Source: Balanoglossus misakiensis (taxonomy: Eukaryota; Animalia; Hemichordata). Taken from it: a stretch of 64,000 nucleotides of DNA. Below the pieces are notes generated by a model. That model was not told the DNA's origin. It saw only the letters and a list, made by a program, of their open reading frames with translations, and ran no database searches. Below, one piece after another: positions 1-12,620 of the stretch. Made by a program: the position numbers and the translations under genes. The first letter of the stretch is position 1. The number at the start of each line of letters is the position of its first letter. The stretch is taken from positions 12,561,166 to 12,625,165 of the forward strand of contig CM082584.2 of the NCBI GenBank assembly GCA_040954595.2, read 5' to 3'.

Positions 1-3000
1 ATCGAAGATTTTCGGACTTTGCGAATTTTGAAAATTTGGTCATTTTTTGAAAAAACCATGGGTTATAGCTCAGGAAAATCGTCAAAATTCGAAGATTTTC
101 GGACTTTGCGAATTTTGAAAATTTGGTCATTTTTTGAAAAAACCATGGGTTATAGCTCAGGAAAATCGTCAAAATTCGAAGATTTTCGGACTTTGCGAAT
201 TTTGAAAATTTGGTCATTTTTTGAAAAAACCATGGGTTATAGCTCAGGAAAATCGTCAAAATTCGAAGATTTTCGGACTTTGCGAATTTTGAAAATTTGG
301 TCATTTTTTGAAAAAACCATGGGTTATAGCTCAGGAAAATCGTCAAAATTCGAAGATTTTCGGACTTTGCGAATTTTGAAAATTTGGTCATTTTTTGAAA
401 AAACCATGGGTTATAGCTCAGGAAAATCGTCAAAATTCGAAGATTTTCGGACTTTGCGAATTTTGAAAATTTGGTCATTTTTTGAAAAAACCATGGGTTA
501 TAGCTCAGGAAAATCGTCAAAATTCGAAGATTTTCGGACTTTGCGAATTTTGAAAATTTGGTCATTTTTTGAAAAAACCATGGGTTATAGCTCAGGAAAA
601 TCGTCAAAATTCGAAGATTTTCGGACTTTGCGAATTTTGAAAATTTGGTCATTTTTTGAAAAAACCATGGGTTATAGCTCAGGAAAATCGTCAAAATTCG
701 AAGATTTTCGGACTTTGCGAATTTTGAAAATTTGGTCATTTTTTGAAAAAACCATGGGTTATAGCTCAGGAAAATCGTCAAAATTCGAAGATTTTCGGAC
801 TTTGCGAATTTTGAAAATTTGGTCATTTTTTGAAAAAACCATGGGTTATAGCTCAGGAAAATCGTCAAAATTCGAAGATTTTCGGACTTTGCGAATTTTG
901 AAAATTTGGTCATTTTTTGAAAAAACCATGGGTTATAGCTCAGGAAAATCGTCAAAATTCGAAGATTTTCGGACTTTGCGAATTTTGAAAATTTGGTCAT
1001 TTTTTGAAAAAACCATGGGTTATAGCTCAGGAAAATCGTCAAAATTCGAAGATTTTCGGACTTTGCGAATTTTGAAAATTTGGTCATTTTTTGAAAAAAC
1101 CATGGGTTATAGCTCAGGAAAATCGTCAAAATTCGAAGATTTTCGGACTTTGCGAATTTTGAAAATTTGGTCATTTTTTGAAAAAACCATGGGTTATAGC
1201 TCAGGAAAATCGTCAAAATTCGAAGATTTTCGGACTTTGCGAATTTTGAAAATTTGGTCATTTTTTGAAAAAACCATGGGTTATAGCTCAGGAAAATCGT
1301 CAAAATTCGAAGATTTTCGGACTTTGCGAATTTTGAAAATTTGGTCATTTTTTGAAAAAACCATGGGTTATAGCTCAGGAAAATCGTCAAAATTCGAAGA
1401 TTTTCGGACTTTGCGAATTTTGAAAATTTGGTCATTTTTTGAAAAAACCATGGGTTATAGCTCAGGAAAATCGTCAAAATTCGAAGATTTTCGGACTTTG
1501 CGAATTTTGAAAATTTGGTCATTTTTTGAAAAAACCATGGGTTATAGCTCAGGAAAATCGTCAAAATTCTGAAGATTTTCGGACTTTGCGAATTTTGAAA
1601 ATTTGGTCATTTTTGAAAAAACCATGGGTTATAGCTCAGGAAAATCGTCAAAATTCGAAGATTTTCGGACTTTGCGAATTTTGAAAATTTGGTCATTTTT
1701 TGAAAAAACCATGGGTTATAGCTCAGGAAAATCGTCAAAATTCGAAGATTTTCGGACTTTGCGAATTTTGAAAATTTGGTCATTTTTTGAAAAAACCATG
1801 GGTTATAGCTCAGGAAAATCGTCAAAATTCGAAGATTTTCGGACTTTGCGAATTTTGAAAATTTGGTCATTTTTTGAAAAAACCATGGGTTATAGCTCAG
1901 GAAAATCGTCAAAATTCGAAGATTTTCGGACTTTGCGAATTTTGAAAATTTGGTCATTTTTTGAAAAAACCATGGGTTATAGCTCAGGAAAATCGTCAAA
2001 ATTCGAAGATTTTCGGACTTTGCGAATTTTGAAAATTTGGTCATTTTTTGAAAAAACCATGGGTTATAGCTCAGGAAAATCGTCAAAATTCGAAGATTTT
2101 CGGACTTTGCGAATTTTGAAAATTTGGTCATTTTTTGAAAAAACCATGGGTTATAGCTCAGGAAAATCGTCAAAATTCGAAGATTTTCGGACTTTGCGAA
2201 TTTTGAAAATTTGGTCATTTTTTGAAAAAACCATGGGTTATAGCTCAGGAAAATCGTCAAAATTCGAAGATTTTCGGACTTTGCGAATTTTGAAAATTTG
2301 GTCATTTTTTGAAAAAACCATGGGTTATAGCTCAGGAAAATCGTCAAAATTCGAAGATTTTCGGACTTTGCGAATTTTGAAAATTTGGTCATTTTTTGAA
2401 AAAACCATGGGTTATAGCTCAGGAAAATCGTCAAAATTCGAAGATTTTCGGACTTTGCGAATTTTGAAAATTTGGTCATTTTTTGAAAAAACCATGGGTT
2501 ATAGCTCAGGAAAATCGTCAAAATTCGAAGATTTTCGGACTTTGCGAATTTTGAAAATTTGGTCATTTTTTGAAAAAACCATGGGTTATAGCTCAGGAAA
2601 ATCGTCAAAAATCGAAGATTTTCGGACTTTGCGAATTTTGAAAATTTGGTCATTTTTTGAAAAAACCATGGGTTATAGCTCAGGAAAATCGTCAAAATTC
2701 GAAGATTTTCGGACTTTGCGAATTTTGAAAATTTGGTCATTTTTTGAAAAAACCATGGGTTATAGCTCAGGAAAATCGTCAAAATTCGAAGATTTTCGGA
2801 CTTTGCGAATTTTGAAAATTTGGTCATTTTTTGAAAAAACCATGGGTTATAGCTCAGGAAAATCGTCAAAATTCGAAGATTTTCGGACTTTGCGAATTTT
2901 GAAAATTTGGTCATTTTTTGAAAAAACCATGGGTTATAGCTCAGGAAAATCGTCAAAATTCGAAGATTTTCGGACTTTGCGAATTTTGAAAATTTGGTCA

Positions 3001-6000
3001 TTTTTTGAAAAAACCATGGGTTATAGCTCAGGAAAATCGTCAAAATTCGAAGATTTTCGGACTTTGCGAATTTTGAAAATTTGGTCATTTTTTGAAAAAA
3101 CCATGGGTTATAGCTCAGGAAAATCGTCAAAATTCGAAGATTTGAAGATTTTCGGACTTTGCGAATTTCGAAAATTTGGTCATTTTTGAAAAAACCATGG
3201 GTTATAGCTCAGGAAAATCGTCAAAATTCGAAGATTTTCGGACTTTGCGAATTTTCGAAAATTTGGTCATTTTTGAAAAAACCATGGGTTATAGCTCAGG
3301 AAAAATCGTCAAAATTCGAAGATTTTCGGACTTTGCGATTTGAAAATTTGGTCATTTTTTGAAAAAACCATGGGTTATAGCTCAGGAAAATCGTCAAAAT
3401 TCGAAGATTTTCGGACTTTGCGAATTTTGAAAATTTGGTCATTTTTTGAAAAAACCATGGGTTATAGCTCAGGAAAATCGTCAAAATTCGAAGATTTTCG
3501 GACTTTGCGAATTTGAAAATTTGGTCATTTTTTGAAAAAACCATGGGTTATAGCTCAGGAAAATCGTCAAAATTCGAAGATTTTCGGACTTTGCGAATTT
3601 TGAAAATTTGGTCATTTTTTGAAAAAACCATGGGTTATAGCTCAGGAAAATCGTCAAAATTCGAAGATTTTCGGACTTTGCGAATTTTGAAAATTTGGTC
3701 ATTTTTTGAAAAAACCATGGGTTATAGCTCAGGAAAATCGTCAAAATTCGAAGATTTTCGGACTTTGCGAATTTTGAAAATTTGGTCATTTTTTGAAAAA
3801 ACCATGGGTTATAGCTCAGGAAAATCGTCAAAATTCGAAGATTTTCGGACTTGCGAATTTTGAAAATTTGGTCATTTTTTGAAAAAACCATGGGTTATAG
3901 CTCAGGAAAATCGTCAAAAATTCGAAGATTTTCGGACTTTGCGAATTTTGAAAATTTGGTCATTTTTTTGAAAAAACCATGGGTTATAGCTCAGGAAAAT
4001 CGTCAAAAATTCGAAGATTTTCGGACTTTGCGAATTTTGAAAATTTGGTCATTTTTGAAAAAACCATGGGTTATAGCTCAGGAAAATCGTCAAAATTCGA
4101 AGATTTTCGGACTTTGCGAATTTTGAAAATTTGGTCATTTTTTGAAAAAACCATGGGTTATAGCTCAGGAAAATCGTCAAAATTCGAAGATTTTCGGACT
4201 TTGCGAATTTGAAAATTTGGTCATTTTTTGAAAAAACCATGGGTTATAGCTCAGGAAAATCGTCAAAATTCGAAGATTTTCGGACTTTGCGAATTTTGAA
4301 AATTTGGTCATTTTTTGAAAAAACCATGGGTTATAGCTCAGGAAAATCGTCAAAATTCGAAGATTTTCGGACTTTGCGAATTTTGAAAATTTGGTCATTT
4401 TTTGAAAAAACCATGGGTTATAGCTCAGGAAAATCGTCAAAATTCGAAGATTTTCGGACTTTGCGAATTTTGAAAATTTGGTCATTTTTTGAAAAAACCA
4501 TGGGTTATAGCTCAGGAAAATCGTCAAAATTCGAAGATTTTCGGACTTTGCGAATTTTGAAAATTTGGTCATTTTTTGAAAAAACCATGGGTTATAGCTC
4601 AGGAAAATCGTCAAAATTCGAAGATTTTCGGACTTTGCGAATTTTGAAAATTTGGTCATTTTTTGAAAAAACCATGGGTTATAGCTCAGGAAAATCGTCA
4701 AAATTCGAAGATTTTCGGACTTTGCGAATTTTGAAAATTTGGTCATTTTTTGAAAAAACCATGGGTTATAGCTCAGGAAAATCGTCAAAATTCGAAGATT
4801 TTCGGACTTTGCGAATTTTGAAATTTGGTCATTTTTTGAAAAAACCATGGGTTATAGCTCAGGAAAATCGTCAAAATTCGAAGATTTTCGGACTTTGCGA
4901 ATTTTGAAAATTTGGTCATTTTTTGAAAAAACCATGGGTTATAGCTCAGGAAAATCGTCAAAATTCGAAGATTTTCGGACTTTGCGAATTTTGAAAATTT
5001 GGTCATTTTTTGAAAAAACCATGGGTTATAGCTCAGGAAAATCGTCAAAATTCGAAGATTTTCGGACTTTGCGAATTTTGAAAATTTGGTCATTTTTTGA
5101 AAAAACCATGGGTTATAGCTCAGGAAAATCGTCAAAATTCGAAGATTTTCGGACTTTGCGAATTTTGAAAATTTGGTCATTTTTTGAAAAAACCATGGGT
5201 TATAGCTCAGGAAAATCGTCAAAATTCGAAGATTTTCGGACTTTGCGAATTTTGAAAATTTGGTCATTTTTTGAAAAAACCATGGGTTATAGCTCAGGAA
5301 AATCGTCAAAATTCGAAGATTTTCGGACTTTGCGAATTTTGAAAATTTGGTCATTTTTTGAAAAAAACCATGGGTTATAGCTCAGGAAAATCGTCAAAAT
5401 TCGAAGATTTTCGGACTTTGCGAATTTTGAAAATTTGGTCATTTTTTGAAAAAACCATGGGTTATAGCTCAGGAAAATCGTCAAAATTCGAAGATTTTCG
5501 GACTTTGCGAATTTTGAAAATTTGGTCATTTTTTGAAAAAACCATGGGTTATAGCTCAGGAAAATCGTCAAAATTCGAAGATTTTCGGACTTTGCGAATT
5601 TTGAAAATTTGGTCATTTTTTGAAAAAACCATGGGTTATAGCTCAGGAAAATCGTCAAAATTCGAAGATTTTCGGACTTTGCGAATTTTGAAAATTTGGT
5701 CATTTTTTGAAAAAACCATGGGTTATAGCTCAGGAAAATCGTCAAAATTCGAAGATTTTCGGACTTTGCGAATTTTGAAAATTTGGTCATTTTTTGAAAA
5801 AACCATGGGTTATAGCTCAGGAAAATCGTCAAAATTCGAAGATTTTCGGACTTTGCGAATTTTGAAAATTTGGTCATTTTTTGAAAAAACCATGGGTTAT
5901 AGCTCAGGAAAATCGTCAAAATTCGAAGATTTTCGGACTTTGCGAATTTTGAAAATTTGGTCATTTTTTGAAAAAACCATGGGTTATAGCTCAGGAAAAT

Positions 6001-9000
6001 CGTCAAAATTCGAAGATTTTCGGACTTTGCGAATTTTGAAAATTTGGTCATTTTTGAAAAAACCATGGGTTATAGCTCAGGAAAATCGTCAAAATTCGAA
6101 GATTTTCGGACTTTGCGAATTTTGAAAATTTGGTCATTTTTTGAAAAAACCATGGGTTATAGCTCAGGAAAATCGTCAAAATTCGAAGATTTTCGGACTT
6201 TGCGAATTTTGAAAATTTGGTCATTTTTTGAAAAAACCATGGGTTATAGCTCAGGAAAATCGTCAAAATTCGAAGATTTTCGGACTTTGCGAATTTTGAA
6301 AATTTGGTCATTTTTTGAAAAAACCATGGGTTATAGCTCAGGAAAATCGTCAAAATTCGAAGATTTTCGGACTTTGCGAATTTTGAAAATTTGGTCATTT
6401 TTTGAAAAAACCATGGGTTATAGCTCAGGAAAATCGTCAAAATTCGAAGATTTTCGGACTTTGCGAATTTTGAAAATTTGGTCATTTTTTGAAAAAACCA
6501 TGGGTTATAGCTCAGGAAAATCGTCAAAATTCGAAGATTTTCGGACTTTGCGAATTTTGAAAATTTGGTCATTTTTTGAAAAAACCATGGGTTATAGCTC
6601 AGGAAAATCGTCAAAATTCGAAGATTTTCGGACTTTGCGAATTTTGAAAATTTGGTCATTTTTTGAAAAAACCATGGGTTATAGCTCAGGAAAATCGTCA
6701 AAATTCGAAGATTTTCGGACTTTGCGAATTTTGAAAATTTGGTCATTTTTTGAAAAAACCATGGGTTATAGCTCAGGAAAATCGTCAAAATCGAAGATTT
6801 TCGGACTTTGCGAATTTTGAAAATTTGGTCATTTTTTGAAAAAACCATGGGTTATAGCTCAGGAAAATCGTCAAAATTCGAAGATTTTCGGACTTTGCGA
6901 ATTTTGAAAATTTTGGTCATTTTTTGAAAAAACCATGGGTTATAGCTCAGGAAAATCGTCAAAATTCGAAGATTTTCGGACTTTGCGAATTTTGAAAATT
7001 TGGTCATTTTTTGAAAAAACCATGGGTTATAGCTCAGGAAAATCGTCAAAATTCGAAGATTTTCGGACTTTGCGAATTTTGAAAATTTGGTCATTTTTTG
7101 AAAAAACCATGGGTTATAGCTCAGGAAAATCGTCAAAATTCGAAGATTTTCGGACTTTGCGAATTTTGAAAATTTGGTCATTTTTTGAAAAAACCATGGG
7201 TTATAGCTCAGGAAAATCGTCAAAATTCGAAGATTTTCGGACTTTGCGAATTTTGAAAATTTGGTCATTTTTTGAAAAAACCATGGGTTATAGCTCAGGA
7301 AAATCGTCAAAATTCGAAGATTTTCGGACTTTGCGAATTTTGAAAATTTGGTCATTTTTTGAAAAAACCATGGGTTATAGCTCAGGAAAATCGTCAAAAT
7401 TCGAAGATTTTCGGACTTTGCGAATTTTGAAAATTTGGTCATTTTTTGAAAAAACCATGGGTTATAGCTCAGGAAAATCGTCAAAATTCGAAGATTTTCG
7501 GACTTTGCGAATTTTGAAAATTTGGTCATTTTTTGAAAAAACCATGGGTTATAGCTCAGGAAAATCGTCAAAATTCGAAGATTTTCGGACTTTGCGAATT
7601 TTGAAAATTTGGTCATTTTTTGAAAAAACCATGGGTTATAGCTCAGGAAAATCGTCAAAATTCGAAGATTTTCGGACTTTGCGAATTTTGAAAATTTGGT
7701 CATTTTTTGAAAAAACCATGGGTTATAGCTCAGGAAAATCGTCAAAATTCGAAGATTTTCGGACTTTGCGAATTTTGAAAATTTGGTCATTTTTTGAAAA
7801 AACCATGGGTTATAGCTCAGGAAAATCGTCAAAATTCGAAGATTTTCGGACTTTGCGAATTTTGAAAATTTGGTCATTTTTTGAAAAAACCATGGGTTAT
7901 AGCTCAGGAAAATCGTCAAAATTCGAAGATTTTCGGACTTTGCGAATTTTGAAAATTTGGTCATTTTTTGAAAAAACCATGGGTTATAGCTCAGGAAAAT
8001 CGTCAAAATTCGAAGATTTTCGGACTTTGCGAATTTTGAAAATTTGGTCATTTTTTGAAAAAACCATGGGTTATAGCTCAGGAAAATCGTCAAAATTCGA
8101 AGATTTTCGGACTTTGCGAATTTTGAAAATTTGGTCATTTTTTGAAAAAACCATGGGTTATAGCTCAGGAAAATCGTCAAAATTCGAAGATTTTCGGACT
8201 TTGCGAATTTTGAAAATTTGGTCATTTTTTGAAAAAACCATGGGTTATAGCTCAGGAAAATCGTCAAAATTCGAAGATTTTCGGACTTTGCGAATTTTGA
8301 AAATTTGGTCATTTTTTGAAAAAACCATGGGTTATAGCTCAGGAAAATCGTCAAAATTCGAAGATTTTCGGACTTTGCGAATTTTGAAAATTTGGTCATT
8401 TTTTGAAAAAACCATGGGTTATAGCTCAGGAAAATCGTCAAAATTCGAAGATTTTCGGACTTTGCGAATTTTGAAAATTTGGTCATTTTTTGAAAAAACC
8501 ATGGGTTATAGCTCAGGAAAATCGTCAAAATTCGAAGATTTTCGGACTTTGCGAATTTTGAAAATTTGGTCATTTTTTGAAAAAACCATGGGTTATAGCT
8601 CAGGAAAATCGTCAAAATTCGAAGATTTTCGGACTTTGCGAATTTGGAAAATTTGGTCATTTTTTGAAAAAACCATGGGTTATAGCTCAGGAAAATCGTC
8701 AAAATTCGAAGATTTTCGGACTTTGCGAATTTGGAAAATTTGGTCATTTTTTGAAAAAACCATGGGTTATAGCTCAGGAAAATCGTCAAAATTCGAAGAT
8801 TTTCGGACTTTGCGAATTTGGAAAATTTGGTCATTTTTTGAAAAAACCATGGGTTATAGCTCAGGAAAATCGTCAAAAATCGAAGATTTTCGGACTTTGC
8901 GAATTTTGAAAATTTGGTCATTTTTTGAAAAAACCATGGGTTATAGCTCAGGAAAATCGTCAAAATTCGAAGATTTTCGGACTTTGCGAATTTTGAAAAT

Positions 9001-10450
9001 TTGGTCATTTTTTGAAAAAACCATGGGTTATAGCTCAGGAAAATCGTCAAAATTCGAAGATTTTCGGACTTCGCGAATTTTGAAAATTTGGTCATTTTTT
9101 GAAAAAACCATGGGTTATAGCTCAGGAAAATCGTCAAAATTCGAAGATTTTCGGACTTTGCGAATTTTGAAAATTTGGTCATTTTTTGAAAAAACCATGG
9201 GTTATAGCTCAGGAAAATCGTCAAAATTCGAAGATTTTCGGACTTTGCGAATTTTGAAAATTTGGTCATTTTTTGAAAAAACCATGGGTTATAGCTCAGG
9301 AAAATCGTCAAAAATCGAAGATTTTCGGACTTTGCGAATTTTGAAAATTTGGTCATTTTTTGAAAAAACCATGGGTTATAGCTCAGGAAAATCGTCAAAA
9401 ATCGAAGATTTTCGGACTTTGCGAATTTTGAAAATTTGGTCATTTTTTGAAAAAACCATGGGTTATAGCTCAGGAAAATCGTCAAAAATCGAAGATTTTC
9501 GGACTTTGCGAATTTTGAAAATTTGGTCATTTTTTGAAAAAACCATGGGTTATAGCTCAGGAAAATCGTCAAAATTCGAAGATTTTCGGACTTTGCGAAT
9601 TTTGAAAATTTGGTCATTTTTTGAAAAAACCATGGGTTATAGCTCAGGAAAATCGTCAAAATTCGAAGATTTTCGGACTTTGCGAATTTTGAAAATTTGG
9701 TCATTTTTTGAAAAAACCATGGGTTATAGCTCAGGAAAATCGTCAAAATTCGAAGATTTTCGGACTTTGCGAATTTTGAAAATTTGGTCATTTTTTGAAA
9801 AAACCATGGGTTATAGCTCAGGAAAATCGTCAAAAATCGAAGATTTTCGGACTTTGCGAATTTTGAAAATTTGGTCATTTTTTGAAAAAACCATGGGTTA
9901 TAGCTCAGGAAAATCGTCAAAAATCGAAGATTTTCGGACTTTGCGAATTTTGAAAATTTGGTCATTTTTTGAAAAAACCATGGGTTATAGCTCAGGAAAA
10001 TGTTGAAAAATCGAGGATTTTTCGACTTTGCGAATTTTCAAAATTTGGTCATTTTTTGAAAAAACCATGGGTTATAGCTCAGGAAAATGTTGAAAAATCG
10101 AGGATTTTTCGACTTTGCGAATTTTCAAAATTTGGTCATTTTTTGAAAAAATCATGGGTTATAGCTCATGAAAATCATCCCGTAATGACAATTTTTCGAC
10201 TTTGCGAATTTTCATAATTTCTTCATTTTTTTGAAAAAAACCATGGGTTATAGCTCATGAAAATCACCCCGAAATGACAATTTTTTGACTTTGCGAATTT
10301 TCAAAATTTCTTCATTTTTGGAAAAAAAACCATGGGTTATAGCTCATGAAAATCATCCCGAAATGACAATTTTTCGACTTTGCGAATTTTCAAAATTTCT
10401 TCATTTTTTTGAAAAAAAAACCATGGGTTATAGCTCATGAAAATCATCCA
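1..10450. repeat. 87-bp satellite tandem array (~120 copies in window, open at the left edge)
   Basis: Unit gaaaatcgtcaaaattcgaagattttcggactttgcgaattttgaaaatttggtcattttttgaaaaaaccatgggttatagctcag is repeated near-identically to ~10000, followed by ~5 diverged copies to ~10450. Confidence 0.99.
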
Positions 10451-11558
10451 TATTAGCCGACAAGGTCACAAACGGATTTCTCGCGTTGTGAAAGAGTGCC
10501 AGATGTCGATAGCTACTTACCGTTTAGCCGATGCCAGTCCTGCCCACATGATATGCTGCCCTGATACTAATAGGCGTAACCTGAGTATATGATGGAACAC
10601 CTGACCGTCCAGGTGAGTAGCAGTCGTTGGTTAATAATCAAATCGGTCGTTCGTATATAGTATGGCTAGAAAAATGCCTTTAATTATAGAAACGTTGTCA
10701 CTTTCCTAAGCATTCAGACAGTGAAGACATAGGATATGAAAGGCCAATGAATTCTATGCAGATTCATCTTCTAGTAATTGTACGAATGGATTCACTAGCT
10801 TTCTCAATTTCATCCTGAAACTAAAGACGAACTTGACAGTCTTCTGGTGCACGTACATCCGTCAGAAGGATGTAACGTTCGTTGTGGCAATTGCAATGAA
10901 CGCTATCCCACGCGCTGGTGAAGAAAATAAATTCTAAAACATCCAATCCCAATCAGATATGTCGTTTCATTATAGCAATATATGAAGTTAATAATAATGC
11001 CTTTGCCTTGTTTGGGCATAATAGTGGGTGGCATGGCGCTCTCGCAATTTGCACATAAACAGTAGCCGAACGTGAAAGATTAACCTGAATAGTAATCAGA
11101 AAACGTTAGTACTTTACCATCTATCACAGCGACAGGAAAGTGTTTTATTTTCACATAGAACAATCCTACCAAATTGACACCGAAGAATTATATTTGGGCT
11201 CTGCTTTTAAATGTTCTATTTGTTTTCCCAGAAACGTGATGTATTAATATTTTGTATCGACGTATGCGTATATGAGCGGCGAATCAAAATCGAGTTTTTT
11301 TAGGGCAGTGGGGATATGGCTGTTGTACTCCTTAGTTGAGCTCTTTTGGTAAAATGAGACGACACAAACTTGGGGGTATAAAAATGAAATCGACTATCAG
11401 GAATAGTCATTATGATGATCAGACGGTGTTTGGAAGACAATCACCTAGGCATTGACATTTAGCAGCACCGCCATATCTGCGTTGACCGAGCAGTAGTGAA
11501 GTCATCGACGAAGCCTGGCATTTGTCACTTCATCGCCCGGCGACAATCCAACTTGGCC

Positions 11559-12620
11559 ATGAACGACACCTCCGTTGAAAACGAGATGGCAATCCCGCGT
11601 GCGCTGCCTAAGATGTGGGCCACCCTGCTGACGGGGATGATCGAATTACTCTTCACCATCGCTGCATTGCTTGGCAACTTTGTGTTCATCGGAGCCGTCG
11701 CTCTGAAGAAGAAGCTGCGAACAATGGCGAATGTGTTTCTGGTCAACCTCAGTTTGACGGACATTCTAGCCGCGCTGCTTGTCTCGTCTTTCTCAGTTGA
11801 CTCCTATCTCCGCCGTGGTTGGCACCTCGGAAACACGTTCTGCGTCGTGCACAACACAATCCATCCCATAGTTCTGAGCACGTCCTTGTACTTGACTGCC
11901 TTTATTGCTATCAATCGCTACTTCTTCATCGTCCATCACGAGCTGTACCGCAGAATCACCAACAAAGTCACCGTGGCACTGGCGCTGCTGTTCTCGTGGG
12001 GTTATCCGACCGCAAGTTTCGGTTACCATATTCCACTGTACTCCAAGTACGCCCCACCGGCGGTCCGTTGTCGTTCACCGACTTCACAACTGGAGTTTGC
12101 CCTCACCATCTACACTCCCAGTTGTATCGCCGTCATCTTCTACGCTCTCATTTTCATCTACGTGCGTAGAAGTCGCAAACGAGTGCAGTCCCATCCCAGC
12201 GACAGCATCAGTTCTCACAAAGGACCAAGCGCACAAGAAGTACGAATGCTGAAGTTTCTGCTGGCCGTGTTCCTGCTGGTCACCATGGGTTACCTACCGT
12301 ATATCATCGTTATGAACATATACACCGCACTGGGAGCAACACCACCGGCCGAGGCCTTCATCGTGCTTTACCCGTGCCTTCACCTCGGCGGCGCGCTCAA
12401 CCCGATCCTGTACGGCGGCAGCAGCAAAAAGTTCCGGGATGCCTACAGAGAATTACTCTGCGGCAAGTTGTTCTGTCGCAACGTCGCCCCTGGAGCGCCA
12501 GGCTTCACAACACACAGCGATGAGAGTACCCGCGTTGTGTCCATCTCGCTCACGACACCGCCGTACAACCGCCGGGGCCAGCCAACACCTCCCACGAACA
12601 TCGCCAATGCAGTCGCTTGA
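11559..12620 (+). CDS. Intronless class A (rhodopsin-like) GPCR, melatonin receptor/moody/GPR84-like, ~353 aa
   Basis: ATG at 11559 (gccATGaac) with N-glycosylation sequon NDT. Seven hydrophobic segments: TM1 GN, TM2 LSLTD, TM3 Cys and AINRY, TM4 Trp, TM6 GYLP, TM7 NPILY, then helix 8 FRDAY. The ORF-track start at 11496 is a GTG. Confidence 0.93.
   Translation: MNDTSVENEMAIPRALPKMWATLLTGMIELLFTIAALLGNFVFIGAVALKKKLRTMANVFLVNLSLTDILAALLVSSFSVDSYLRRGWHLGNTFCVVHNTIHPIVLSTSLYLTAFIAINRYFFIVHHELYRRITNKVTVALALLFSWGYPTASFGYHIPLYSKYAPPAVRCRSPTSQLEFALTIYTPSCIAVIFYALIFIYVRRSRKRVQSHPSDSISSHKGPSAQEVRMLKFLLAVFLLVTMGYLPYIIVMNIYTALGATPPAEAFIVLYPCLHLGGALNPILYGGSSKKFRDAYRELLCGKLFCRNVAPGAPGFTTHSDESTRVVSISLTTPPYNRRGQPTPPTNIANAVA

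Noticed and set aside
3140-6920. Single-base indel variants as a higher-order repeat or coded pattern
   Set aside because: Nearly all are +/-1 changes in homopolymers, irregularly spaced and densest at ~3140-4250, which is typical of long-read consensus error.
19-10217. Long repetitive ORFs on both strands as protein-coding genes
   Set aside because: They follow from an 87-bp (3n) satellite unit, show no synonymous-site variation pattern, and are broken by indels and by the older monomers.
1-10450. CRISPR array
   Set aside because: Units are head-to-tail with no unique spacers, there are no cas genes, and the context is eukaryotic.
10452-10472. 20/21-nt match to 28147-28167 (attagcc[g/a]acaaggtcacaaa)
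   Set aside because: The similarity does not extend on either side; chance or a tiny repeat remnant cannot be excluded, so no claim is made.
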